From: Naegleria gruberi
Taxonomy: Eukaryota
Reading direction: 5' to 3' (one strand)
Assembly: GCA_000004985.1 (NCBI GenBank)
Contig: GG738848.1
DNA: 64,000 nt
In this document: one piece after another, positions 45,950 to 55,677 of the stretch
Layout of the letters: each line of letters begins with the position of its first letter
How positions within the stretch are numbered: the first letter of the stretch is position 1
Translations under genes and position numbers: made by a program
Notes under the pieces: model-generated
Told to the model about the DNA's origin: nothing
Databases searched by the model: none
Seen by the model: the letters and a program-made list of their open reading frames with translations, nothing else

Positions 45950-46350
45950 ATTGATTATTTTATCAGATTGATCGCTTGATATTTTTACAAGTTTAGATAA
46001 ACAAAACGAATGTATTAATTATTTTGTTTTTTTGTGTTTTGAAATTGATTTTTGGTTTTGAATCGTTTGGAATTAAAGGTGAAAATTTGTGCTATGAATT
46101 TGTACGCGCATGATTAAGGATTTGCAACTTGTTGTTTCATATGGTTGCGAACAATGTTAGTGCGTACAAATTTAATGGACCTCGTAATAAATATATCGAA
46201 ATGTTTTACATTCTCCACATGCTCTGTATTCATAATGTTCCTGATCTGAATTTAAAATTAACAAAGAAATGCCAGTTAATATTGTAAAGTATTTAAGTTT
46301 GAAATTTACACACAAAACCTTGTCAATGTTCAATTGGCAATCAGAATAAA

Positions 46351-46920
46351 ATGTCTCTATCATACTCTCCTTCTGCCGCTGGTCTAAACCACAAACGCTT
46401 CACTCCCGATAATCCACTCATCATTGTTAGGAGGGTCAGAGCACCAACTGATGATCGGCCCAATATCAATGCTCAATTGGCTCCAATATTTGGACCTCTA
46501 GGAGTTTCTCCAAGAAGGGTAGGAGATCAATTGGCAAAATTTGTAAAATCTTTGAATTGGACAGCCAAGCACATCCGTGTTCGATTCATAATTAAAACAT
46601 TTTCACAATTAGATTTGGAATTGGCAGAACATTCACCACTGACGATTATTTCGAATTTAGCAGAGCCTCAACAAGTAGCTTTGGGAACTTATGCAATTCA
46701 TGATGGAAATTTAACGTTTGATCAAGTGATTCAAATTGCACAGAGTAAAAAACCAAGTAAGACTGCAAGAAATTTGACAGCAAAAGTGAAGGAAGTTTTG
46801 GGAACTTGTGTGAGTATTGGATGTACAGTGAATGGAGAGGAGCCACGAATGGTCTTGATGCAAATCAATAATGGAAGTACTGCCTATCAAATTCCAGAAA
46901 GTAATAGCTCAGATAAATGA
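46351..46920 (+). CDS. Divergent ribosomal protein L12 / uL11-family paralog
   Basis: Aligns along its whole length with eukaryotic RPL12 ([20 protein letters not shown] vs [34 protein letters not shown] vs ILGTAQSVGCNVDG). Identity is only about one third. It has an extra 25-aa N-terminal extension. Confidence 0.55.
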   Translation: [189 protein letters not shown]

Positions 46921-47123
46921 GAAAATCAAAATACTACAACTTTAATTGAGCTTTCGAATTTTTAAACATAAGAATTGATAATTCCTAAATTATTTACTAA
47001 CTAACGCCAGTACCCAGAAATATCTCAGTAGTTACTATTAGAATTCTTAGTGTTCTTTATTTTTGAAAAATTTTTATCAAGATGAACTTGGGAAAACAAG
47101 TTCAAAAATACTAAGAGAAAAAA

Positions 47124-48113
47124 ATGGCGCAACATCATTTGGTGGTTCTTATTCATGGATTGCAAGGTAATACAGGCCATATGAAGTTTATGGAGGATCG
47201 GTTCAAAAAATTGAATCAAGAGGAAGAGTATCGGGAGGAAAATTATATAGTTTTTAATATGAAAGCAAATGACGATAAGGATACTTGGTCAAATAATTGG
47301 AGTAAAACAGGTGATGGTATTCAGAATGGAGGGGATCGATTGATTTCCGAATTAAAGGAAAGAATTGAGGGAAAGGTGGATGAGTTTGATGAAAAAGTTG
47401 AACACAAGATTTCATTTGTTGGTTCTTCTTTGGGAGGATTGTACTGTAGATATGTAATGGGTTCATTGTTTGATAATGAAAAAGAAAAGATTGTTGTTCA
47501 GCTAAAGGAGAAGTGTTTTATTTTCCAATTGGAAAATTATGTAGCCATGGCATCTCCTCTCATTTCTGTCAGATGCCTTGTGAGCACATTCTTTCACTAT
47601 GGAATGAAAGCATTTTTTTATAAGGGAACGGGAAATGAAATGCTGTTGGATGATTCTAATCAATCAGAGGAAGCAATGATTTGTAAATTAGCCTCCCCAA
47701 AACTCAATTATTATCAGGCATTGAAATCATGTAAGAGGAGAATTGCTCTCTGCAGTTGTAAAAAGGATGAAACGAAAGTGGCCTATCAGTCTTCTGCCAT
47801 AGCCCCATACAGAGATATTTCAGATAATCAGACAGATAAGAGTAAGCCTCTACCTCATTTAAAATCCAAACTAGTTAAAAGTGTATGTTATGATGAAGAA
47901 GGAGCTTTCATTGAGGATTTAAAAAACGTAGACAAGTCACGATTCTATTTCAATGGCGATTCAAAGGCAACATGGATTGCGAAACTGATTTCAAACTTAA
48001 GACAAATGAGCTGGATGAGAGCAGATGTAGATTTGTATCATGCACAAGCAGCTATCGTGAATGAAAACAGATCAGAAATAGCAGATCTTGTCCTTAAATT
48101 ATGGACTTTATAG
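47124..48113 (+). CDS. Putative serine esterase/lipase (DUF676-like alpha/beta hydrolase)
   Basis: HLVVLIHGLQGN...ISFVGSSLGGLY (GxSxG) pattern typical of the DUF676/ROG1 family. Confidence 0.6.
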   Translation: MAQHHLVVLIHGLQGNTGHMKFMEDRFKKLNQEEEYREENYIVFNMKANDDKDTWSNNWSKTGDGIQNGGDRLISELKERIEGKVDEFDEKVEHKISFVGSSLGGLYCRYVMGSLFDNEKEKIVVQLKEKCFIFQLENYVAMASPLISVRCLVSTFFHYGMKAFFYKGTGNEMLLDDSNQSEEAMICKLASPKLNYYQALKSCKRRIALCSCKKDETKVAYQSSAIAPYRDISDNQTDKSKPLPHLKSKLVKSVCYDEEGAFIEDLKNVDKSRFYFNGDSKATWIAKLISNLRQMSWMRADVDLYHAQAAIVNENRSEIADLVLKLWTL

Positions 48114-48225
48114 CATCACTGAATACAGCCTGAGAACATATTCCAAAATCTCAATTTCATTGCTTTTAAATTTGACATGATTGTCCTCTTATTCCTTCTA
48201 TTTTCGTGCAGAAAAGGGCAAAAGT

Positions 48226-48298
48226 TGGGGTCTGTGAGGATCGAACTCACGACCTTAGGATTATGAGACCTACGCGCTACCGACTGCGCCAAGACCCC
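48226..48298 (-). tRNA. tRNA-Met: Elongator tRNA-Met (CAU), copy 2
   Basis: Identical 73-nt sequence to copies 1 and 3. 5' flank GGTATATAATGTGTC is shared with copy 3. Confidence 0.85.
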
Positions 48299-48313
48299 GA
48301 CACATTATATACC
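48299..48313 (-). promoter_or_regulatory. Conserved upstream element GGTATATAATGTGTC abutting the tRNA-Met 5' end (TATA-like plus AATGTG)
   Basis: 15/15 identical to 51526..51540 upstream of copy 3. Copy 1 has TTAATGTGTC. Confidence 0.4.
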
Positions 48314-48447
48314 TATTACAGTTTCTTCATTAACCTTAACTGAGTTCCTAGGTTTACCTAATAGGAACAGTTTTATGAATATTGACAATTAATGTATGAA
48401 TTGGGTTGATATTTCAATAATGTGATATGATTTATAATAAACTTTTG

Positions 48448-49272
48448 TTAAACAATTAATCCACACATGGCAACAATTGCAATTACAATCAAAGACAATG
48501 AAAATGAACCAGTTGTTGAATTTTGTCTTCCAGTGGATGTAGAACCAGCTCCAATACTAACACTTCCACCACCAATGACTTCAGTATCCAAGTATTTACC
48601 TTTTACAAAAATATATACTGAACTCTTGCTTGTTTGAGAGTTGAGTGATAATCCAGAGAATGTAACCTTTCCATCAGTCAATTGTCTAGTACTAACTCCA
48701 TTCAATGTAACACTAGAATCATCTAAACTCAAAGTGACTGGCATTGAATAATTCACATTCGAAAAGGTAACATCAAGTGAGAACACTTCTCCAGAATTAA
48801 ACGAAACCTTTGGCAATTTGGCAGTCAAATAGTGATCTGGTGAGCAACTCTGAGTAATTGCATATCTTGCCATACAACCTCCATCAGTTCCACAAGAGAT
48901 CACCAAAAACAACTTATTATATGGAGAAATACTTGCAGACTTGGCATCTAATCCTGAACAAGCCACTGGAAACATGGTTGAGTAAACAGAAGAAGCACTC
49001 TTACCAGAGACATACTTGTTATATTCAACTTCAGAGTAGGTATCATAGTAGAATGAGCTGTTTTGTTGTGGAGAATCGATGTATAAATTTAATCTTTCAA
49101 AGTGACTTCCTGCACTACATGTCAAATTTCTGACATGAGCTTGATATTGTTTTAATGGAACTGGACATTGAGAGTTGCCAGAGCAAAGACATTTATCACA
49201 GCTGCAGGCGTTAGAGTTGTGGATAGTAAAAAGGAGAGCAATGAGAGCAAGTAAAAGAATGACAGCTTTCAT
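48448..49272 (-). CDS. Secreted/GPI-anchored or TM-anchored Cys- and Ser/Thr-rich surface protein
   Basis: The track start is TTG. ATG at 49272 gives MKAVILLLALIALLFTIHNSNA (signal peptide). C-terminal hydrophobic tail LSLIVIAIVAMCGLIV. Confidence 0.5.
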   Translation of the reverse strand: MKAVILLLALIALLFTIHNSNACSCDKCLCSGNSQCPVPLKQYQAHVRNLTCSAGSHFERLNLYIDSPQQNSSFYYDTYSEVEYNKYVSGKSASSVYSTMFPVACSGLDAKSASISPYNKLFLVISCGTDGGCMARYAITQSCSPDHYLTAKLPKVSFNSGEVFSLDVTFSNVNYSMPVTLSLDDSSVTLNGVSTRQLTDGKVTFSGLSLNSQTSKSSVYIFVKGKYLDTEVIGGGSVSIGAGSTSTGRQNSTTGSFSLSLIVIAIVAMCGLIV

Positions 49273-49761
49273 ATTTTTTTTGAATGAATTAAATGTCAAA
49301 ATGCCTGAGAGTCACATTTCAATATGATGCAATTATTCTTGAAAAGGTAAACGCTCTTTTTTGAGTATTTGCAAAGAATTTTGTGAATGAATCTCATTTG
49401 TAAACTTTGTATCTACAGTTTCGAATAAAAATAATATGACCTGGTTCCTATTAGAACATTAACTTGCTTTCGTTTTGAACTTTCTTCATCAATTCAAAGC
49501 TTCTTGATGTTTACATCTTCTATCGAATAAAAATAAAAACTCTTCTGAAATTCAACACAATATTTTTCTTTACAATTAGAAATAATTGATAAGAATCGGG
49601 AAGGAATGTTATTATTTTGAAATTGATTGCATTGGAAACAATTAAATCACCGCACTGAATAATGAAATATTTAAACGGACTATTTTTAAAATAAATTTTT
49701 AAAATTAAAAAAAATAGATAACACCCAACACTTTTGATAACTGACACATTTTTACATCATC

Positions 49762-50430
49762 ATGATGAAATTACACCGAAGACATAATTCTTCCACCATC
49801 AACCTAGAACAACTAAGTCAAACTTACGAATTTCCATTTGAAGCTATTTTTGATGTTCCGGAAGCTAAAGAGGAATTTAGATTATATCTCAAAAAAGAAC
49901 ACAATGAAGAACCATTTATGTTTTTTGAAGATGTTGAAGAATTTAAAAGATTGAAATTTGAAGAAAACAAAACTAAAAAGGCAATCACAATTTTAAAAAC
50001 CTACATTTTACCAAATAGTCAACACGAAATTAATATTTCAAGTCAACAAAGACAATCAATTATTGAAGAATTTGAGAAGGTTTCACAATTGTTGAATGAT
50101 AAGCATTTATTGGTTAATGAAGGTATTTATGATGAGGTTCAAACAAGTGTATTCTATAGTTTGAAGAATGACAATTATCCAAGATTTACCTCATCGACAC
50201 ATTTCAAGAATTTCATCAAGCACAAGGATGCTGCATTTATTTCATCAATTGCAGTTAAAAAATCAACCAAATATATGGAATATATTCCTAAATTTGATGG
50301 ATTAGTTACAGATAGAGATATTACATTCTTTTCATTTATGAGTTTCAATTTTGATATGGATGTTTGGGATGAAGTTAATATTGGTATGTTTTATGAACGA
50401 ATTATTATGATTGAAATTATTAAAATGTGA
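49762..50430 (+). CDS. RGS-domain protein
   Basis: RGS helices FEAIFDVPEAKEEFRLYLKKEHNEEPFMFFEDVEEFKR...ILPNSQHEINIS...YDEVQTSVFYSLKNDNYPRF. Confidence 0.65.
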   Translation: MMKLHRRHNSSTINLEQLSQTYEFPFEAIFDVPEAKEEFRLYLKKEHNEEPFMFFEDVEEFKRLKFEENKTKKAITILKTYILPNSQHEINISSQQRQSIIEEFEKVSQLLNDKHLLVNEGIYDEVQTSVFYSLKNDNYPRFTSSTHFKNFIKHKDAAFISSIAVKKSTKYMEYIPKFDGLVTDRDITFFSFMSFNFDMDVWDEVNIGMFYERIIMIEIIKM

Positions 50431-50463
50431 TAATTAGCAAAGGGTGGTAAGAGAGCTTGTTAC

Positions 50464-51381
50464 ATGTCTAAAAAGGAATTCCATTTCAATGATAAATCAA
50501 TTGAATCATTGACTGAACATAATCATTTCCAAAAAGAGAATGGAAAGTTGTTAAAGCAAGTATTTATTTTGCCATGTACTAAGGAAGAAGCCTTTACAGT
50601 GTTTTCACATACCCATCTAAGAAAGGAAATTATGGGACTTGAAGGCATTAATCAAATAGATTTTATACCAATTTCACCTCAAAACAAGTATGCCCATTCG
50701 ATTACTCATTTACAAATTAATATGAAAGGATTTTCATGGATTTTAAAACCTAGAGATGCTGTCGTTGCCTTGACATCTGTTGTTGATACAAAGAGAGGTT
50801 GCTATTCCCTCATGTTGAAATCAACGGAATCAACCCAAATGCCTGAAAAGAAAACTCATGTAAGAGCTCAAATGTTGACCAGTGGATTTTTTACAGATTG
50901 TTCTCCAACGGATGAAATCATCTCATACAAGGAACAAAAGAAGAGATTAAGGTCTCCTCAAGCTGAATCATCCCAGAAAAATAATGCTAGCTCTTCATCA
51001 CTTTCTAGACATAGCTCTTCATCACTCTCTAGACATAGCTCAACATCAGAAGAAGACGAAACCGAAAGTGAAGAATCATTTGGAAATGTTGAACATGCAT
51101 GCAAATTGATTTTGGTTTCTTATATTGATCTCAAAACTTTACAATCAGATTTTATTAGAAAGAAAGTTATTAGTGCTAAAAACAAACATTGCTATACCAA
51201 TTTCCTCTCAGCAATTCAAGAACAACGCCAATATGGGTTTAAGAGACCTAAATTCTCTGAGGGTCTACTAGAAACTCTTGATGCATTTAAATCGACTTAC
51301 TTGATAGATACACATGCTGAAATAACTTGGAATATGGAAGAAGAAGATGCTGAATCTTCTATGCACGAATTGATACACTGA
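50464..51381 (+). CDS. START/Bet-v1-like lipid-binding domain protein with SSSLSRH repeat
   Basis: The segment ILKPRDAVVALTSVVDTKRGCYSLMLKS...THVRAQMLTSGFF resembles the START core. Domain call is tentative. Confidence 0.4.
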   Translation: MSKKEFHFNDKSIESLTEHNHFQKENGKLLKQVFILPCTKEEAFTVFSHTHLRKEIMGLEGINQIDFIPISPQNKYAHSITHLQINMKGFSWILKPRDAVVALTSVVDTKRGCYSLMLKSTESTQMPEKKTHVRAQMLTSGFFTDCSPTDEIISYKEQKKRLRSPQAESSQKNNASSSSLSRHSSSSLSRHSSTSEEDETESEESFGNVEHACKLILVSYIDLKTLQSDFIRKKVISAKNKHCYTNFLSAIQEQRQYGFKRPKFSEGLLETLDAFKSTYLIDTHAEITWNMEEEDAESSMHELIH

Positions 51382-51525
51382 GATGGCTCTTGTTAAAAAT
51401 AAATAGTAAAAGAATACATTCCTTTATTAAGTTTACAGTAGAGGTTCATGATTGAAATATCACAAGTACACCGTTGTTGTTTCAAGGTTAATTTCGATAT
51501 TAAGGTTAATGGAGAAACTGGAAAA

Positions 51526-51540
51526 GGTATATAATGTGTC
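51526..51540 (+). promoter_or_regulatory. Conserved upstream element GGTATATAATGTGTC of tRNA-Met copy 3
   Basis: Identical to the element at 48299..48313 (RC). Confidence 0.4.
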
Positions 51541-51613
51541 GGGGTCTTGGCGCAGTCGGTAGCGCGTAGGTCTCATAATCCTAAGGTCGTGAGTTCGATC
51601 CTCACAGACCCCA
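51541..51613 (+). tRNA. tRNA-Met: Elongator tRNA-Met (CAU), copy 3
   Basis: Same 73-nt sequence. Followed by T-run ATCTTTTTT (Pol III terminator). Confidence 0.85.
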
Positions 51614-51937
51614 TCTTTTTTGCATCCTTTAATTTCCAACAATGAGTGGACAATAAGTCCATAATTACACAACTTTCAGGATAATCCTTAAAACATCAAC
51701 TTCAATCAGTGAAATATGTTAATAACCCTTAGGTCAACCTTGATGTATTTCTAAAACTGTCACTTCACTTTAGCATAGTACTTTTTAATGTATTTTGCGT
51801 TAAAATGAGGCGCAAGTGCAGATAGGAACACTATCTCAATCCCTCTTTCAACTCTTCTGCAAAATGAAATCTTGGGTTTAGTGATTTTCCAAAAACAAAT
51901 AGACGGATATGTCAGAAATTTGTTATTAATAATGTTA

Positions 51938-52009
51938 GGGACCATGGTCTAGTGGTATGATTTTTGCTTTGGGTGCGAGAGGCCGTGGGTTCGATTCCCA
52001 CTGGTCCCC
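51938..52009 (+). tRNA. tRNA-Pro: tRNA-Pro (UGG)
   Basis: GGGACCATGGTCTAGTGGTATGATTTTTGCTTTGGGTGCGAGAGGCCGTGGGTTCGATTCCCACTGGTCCCC. Anticodon loop TTTGGGT. Close to metazoan tRNA-Pro-UGG. Followed by a T-run. Confidence 0.85.
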
Positions 52010-52102
52010 TTATCTTTTGTTTTAAAAGAAATCATTAAGGTACAGTTTTGCAAACCTCAGTAATATTTTTAGAACATTTCAATTCCAAAATTGTAAAATG
52101 TC

Positions 52103-52174
52103 TAGCAAATCTAGGTTTCGATCCTAGGACCTATGGGTTATGAGCCCATCGCGCTTCCGCTGCGCCAATTTGCT
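52103..52174 (-). tRNA. tRNA-iMet: Initiator tRNA-Met (CAU)
   Basis: RC = AGCAAATTGGCGCAGCGGAAGCGCGATGGGCTCATAACCCATAGGTCCTAGGATCGAAACCTAGATTTGCTA. Initiator hallmarks A1:U72, GGG/CCC anticodon stem and GATCGAAAC T-loop. Confidence 0.85.
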
Positions 52175-52332
52175 TTGCATTTCTTTTCTTAAAGTTTTTA
52201 TTCTAATTGATATTGGCCAAGTGATGAAAGTGAATTGAGGCAACATTAGCTTTTCACTTTGCAAAGATAAAATTTATTCAAGATTGGAAGAGAAATTTGT
52301 GGAATTATTCTATGAAGGAATTACAGTATTAT

Positions 52333-52971
52333 TTATTGTTGTCCTGAAACAGCTTTCCATGAAGGTCTTGATGAAATCTTTTCCCACCAAGCTTTAACAA
52401 GTGGACGATCCAACAATAAATTACCCAATCCAATAGCGAACAACAAGTTTCCATATGGTAAGTGATACAAATCGGCTAAGGTGAATTGATTTCCACCAAT
52501 GAATTCTTGTTTAGCCAACACTTTTTCATAGGCATCCAAATTGAGTGCTAACTTTTCACTCAATTGTTTGACACGAGCTTCATCAGCAGCTCCATATCCC
52601 ATCATTCCCTTAAATAACTTTTCGAAAACTAAACCAGAAGCATTTGAATCAAAGTAAGCAGTTTCAATGGAAGCACCTTGTTCGAATAGACCCAAAGCTT
52701 TGAGCTCAGTTGGAATGAGTTCAGTTCCTTGGCTCTTATGTTTGGCTTCCAAGTAACGACAGATAGCACGAGATTCATAAATCAAGAACCCATCATCTTC
52801 CAAGACTGGAATGACACCAAATGGATGCTTTTCCAAGTAGGATGGTGACTTGTGTTCTCCCTTCATTAAATCAACAGGAACAAGTTCATATTCTAAACCT
52901 TTCTCCTTGATTGTGGTCAAAACACGTTGAACGCAAGTTGATTGAGCAGCACCATAAATTTTGTAGACCAT
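52333..52971 (-). CDS. Glutathione S-transferase
   Basis: ATG at 52971 (MVYKIYGAAQSTCVQR...). N-terminal thioredoxin-like fold with ESRAICRYL. C-terminal helical domain. The upstream 27 codons of the track ORF are not needed. Confidence 0.8.
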   Translation of the reverse strand: MVYKIYGAAQSTCVQRVLTTIKEKGLEYELVPVDLMKGEHKSPSYLEKHPFGVIPVLEDDGFLIYESRAICRYLEAKHKSQGTELIPTELKALGLFEQGASIETAYFDSNASGLVFEKLFKGMMGYGAADEARVKQLSEKLALNLDAYEKVLAKQEFIGGNQFTLADLYHLPYGNLLFAIGLGNLLLDRPLVKAWWEKISSRPSWKAVSGQQ

Positions 52972-53306
52972 TTTGTTATTTGTTATTTGTAATAATACAG
53001 TAAAGTTGTTTTTTTGTGATTGAAAATGCATAATCATTAGTGTGAATGCCATTTATGGTGGATTCTGTATCCGAAACCAAAGCGCTGTCGTGAGCACTAA
53101 TTATTGATCTGTGGAATTTGCGCAAGAAATGAGTGCCATTTCATCCTCTTGGATACTTCAAAATCATGTGAGAGAATGATATTTGTACAATTTTAAATAT
53201 TAAGAATACGAATCAACGGATTGAGTAATAGCATACACCCATTTCCTTAAATTCTAAAACATGTACTGGAATAAATGATTTATCTTACTTATTTCAAAGC
53301 AGTTGA

Positions 53307-53425
53307 TGGCTACGGCCATATCACGATGAATGCACCTCATCCCGTCCGATTTGAGAAGTTAAGCATCGTCGAGCCACATCAGTACTGAGGTTGGAGACAA
53401 CTTGGGAACCTGTGGTGCTGTAGTC
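53307..53425 (+). rRNA. 5S: 5S ribosomal RNA
   Basis: GGCTACGGCCATATCAC...GATGAATGCAC...CCGTCCGATTTGAGAAGTTAAGC...AGTACTGAGGTTGGAGAC...GGTGCTGTAGTC matches the conserved 5S blocks. Followed by TTTT at 53426-53429. Confidence 0.8.
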
Positions 53426-53429
53426 TTTT
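53426..53429 (+). terminator. Pol III T-run terminator after 5S
   Basis: TTTT immediately 3' of the 5S helix I closing strand. Confidence 0.5.
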
Positions 53430-53707
53430 GTCACTTATTTGTTTTATTCATTAGTTTAAAGTTGCCACCTTAATTGAAAGTCTAGTTTGCTTCTCACATT
53501 CTTTCCAATATTCCAAACACCTTCTTTGGATTCAATCATTGACTGAACTGCTCCATCATAAAAATGATTTATTAAGATTCGCTACATGTTCAATATCAAT
53601 AGTTGAACAAGGCATTAAAATTTATTAAAATACCACAAACATTTTGTCATTCTTCACTCCACAACCAACAGAATAAATACTGTGTGCCTTATGCAATTCT
53701 CAAAACC

Positions 53708-53901
53708 ATCTTTCTCGGCCAATTGGCTTTGATCGAGTGTAGTATCTGTTCTTTTCAGTTTAATAGCTGAAAGCAGCTCACGGGTTGCATCTACTATTAA
53801 CTCAATTTTTTGTAGGGATCAGGGTTTGAGCTTAATTGCTCACTTTGATTTGGTTTCAATCAGACATTGCACAAACCGTCAGATTAGGAGCCACCTAACT
53901 C
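53708..53901 (+). ncRNA. U2: U2 spliceosomal snRNA
   Basis: ATCTTTCTCGGCCAATTGGCTTTGATCGAGTGTAGTATCTGTTCTTTTCAGTTTAATAGCTGAAAG matches the U2 5' end, the branch-point interaction region GTGTAGTA and stem IIa. Sm site AATTTTTTG. 3' end approximate. Confidence 0.8.
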
Positions 53902-54290
53902 TTTTAATTAATTGAAAATCATTGTTCAAATACAATCTCAATGAGTTTTTCCGAGCATGTATGATGATAAATTAAACATGATGAGAGAGACTCACAACAG
54001 TCCATCAACCACTTAAGCAAGATGAAGTTTAGGAAGTCCAACACAAGAAATTGATGTTTTGGGTTTGTGTGAAAATAAACTACTATATATTATAGTTGTA
54101 AATTGCCAAGCCGTTTCAGCAATTTTTTAAAAAGGTAACACGTGGTTCTCATCATCATTTTTAATATTCTTGATGAATACTCAATATTATTGGACAATCT
54201 TTTCAGAATAGATAATAGACATGTTGGAGAGGATAATGATATAAAATAAGTAACATGGCATAAAAAGTTGAGTGATAAAGAAGCAAAAGT

Positions 54291-54371
54291 TGCAGAAGGT
54301 GGGATTTGAACCCACGAAGCTTGCGCAGTAGAACTTGAGTCTACCCCCTTTGACCACTCGGGAACCCCTGC
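54291..54371 (-). tRNA. tRNA-Leu: tRNA-Leu (CAA), class II, intron-less
   Basis: RC = GCAGGGGTTCCCGAGTGGTCAAAGGGGGTAGACTCAAGTTCTACTGCGCAAGCTTCGTGGGTTCAAATCCCACCTTCTGCA. Long variable arm. Anticodon loop CTCAAGT. Confidence 0.8.
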
Positions 54372-54955
54372 TTCATGTCATTGAACTAAATGTTGGTAAT
54401 ATATAATACTACCATCATTACTGAGCTCGTTCGTATTGTTTTGGAGTTAGATTTCTCTAGACCTTGTTATGACTTTTTCAGCCCTCTAATGACCTAATAA
54501 TACACTAAATCCAGAACGGAATCTATTCGGATAATGAATCTTTCTTTTGATTCAATCGCAAATACAGACAATTTCACATCTAATGCAATAATTTTGCTCC
54601 TTTATCATGAATGAATAGTGCAAGAATTCTTCATCTGTTCTAACAATAACTCCACTCAAAATAAAATTCTCAAAATTTAAACACATTACGACGGATCATT
54701 TACATTAAATTCTTGTTGATTAATACTACTTGAATTGTGGTTACTACTACTTGGAAGTACAAACAATTTCATTGACTTTCAAATTGGATTTGTTTTGCAT
54801 TTTTTTGAACCAGAAAATTATCAACAAAATATTAACAACGATATCTCCTTGTTAATGAAAGATTTTTAACATCTTTCCAAATAATAAGAATAATAATTTA
54901 ATAATTTTTTTGAATTTATTGTGGTGCACCCATACCGTATGGTAGAGTGAAACAT

Positions 54956-55384
54956 TTATCTGTATGACTTTTGGAAACGAGCTCTAGCCTTACGACCACC
55001 GAACTTCTTTGGTTCTCTTCTTCTTGGATCAGCAACGAGGAGGGATCTATCGAATTCCAACAAAGCTTGCTTGATTTCTCTCTTTTGAGCTTCATCAACA
55101 TACTTTTGATAGTAAGAGACGAGACCCTTGCAGATAGCTTGTCTGATAGCATAGACTTGAGAAACCTTACCACCACCTCTGGTTCTGATTCTGATGTCAA
55201 CACCCTTGAATTTATCCTTACCCAACAAGAGAACAGGTTCGAAAAGCTTGAATCTCAAGATTTCTGGTTGGATGTGTTCGAGTGGAGTACCGTTAACTTT
55301 GATGAGACCTTGACCCTTTCTACATTGGGCAACGGCAATAGCAGTCTTCTTCTTACCGAAGGTTTGAACGAGTTCAGCAGACAT
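54956..55384 (-). CDS. RPS16: 40S ribosomal protein S16 (uS9)
   Basis: 142 aa, single exon, highly conserved (...[29 protein letters not shown]...[16 protein letters not shown]). Confidence 0.9.
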   Translation of the reverse strand: MSAELVQTFGKKKTAIAVAQCRKGQGLIKVNGTPLEHIQPEILRFKLFEPVLLLGKDKFKGVDIRIRTRGGGKVSQVYAIRQAICKGLVSYYQKYVDEAQKREIKQALLEFDRSLLVADPRRREPKKFGGRKARARFQKSYR

Positions 55385-55677
55385 GGCGTTTAGTTATTTT
55401 TTTTCAACAAAATTTCCAAATTTTTGCGGTTTACCACTCACTGGTTGGTATTACAATAAAAATTTTGTACCTGCAAAAGCACCTTGTCCAGCTGCGACGA
55501 ACAATAATAAAAAGGCAACACGCTTGCCCTTTACCATCATAATTATTTAAAATTTAATGAATATGTTATCTTACTAACAACATTGTTATGCTCTGAAGGC
55601 TTATTCTTAATAGCTTCCAATATCCTTCTCATCAGTCGATATAGTGTCATCTAAATGTTTTTAATTAATTTAATTCT

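Noticed and set aside
51460-51672. 70-aa ORF overlapping tRNA-Met copy 3 (also 18707-18952, 54971-55393, 54916-55203, 27051-27281, 15711-15932)
   Set aside because: These ORFs overlap tRNA genes, or lie antisense or out of frame inside well-supported conserved genes (RPS16, the glutathione peroxidase and the RCC1/EGF protein). They are spurious.
52972-53052. 27-codon N-terminal extension of the GST ORF (MAFTLMIMHFQSQKNN...)
   Set aside because: GSTs start at the conserved MVYKIYG-type N-terminus (ATG at 52971). The extension is probably upstream untranslated sequence that happens to be open.
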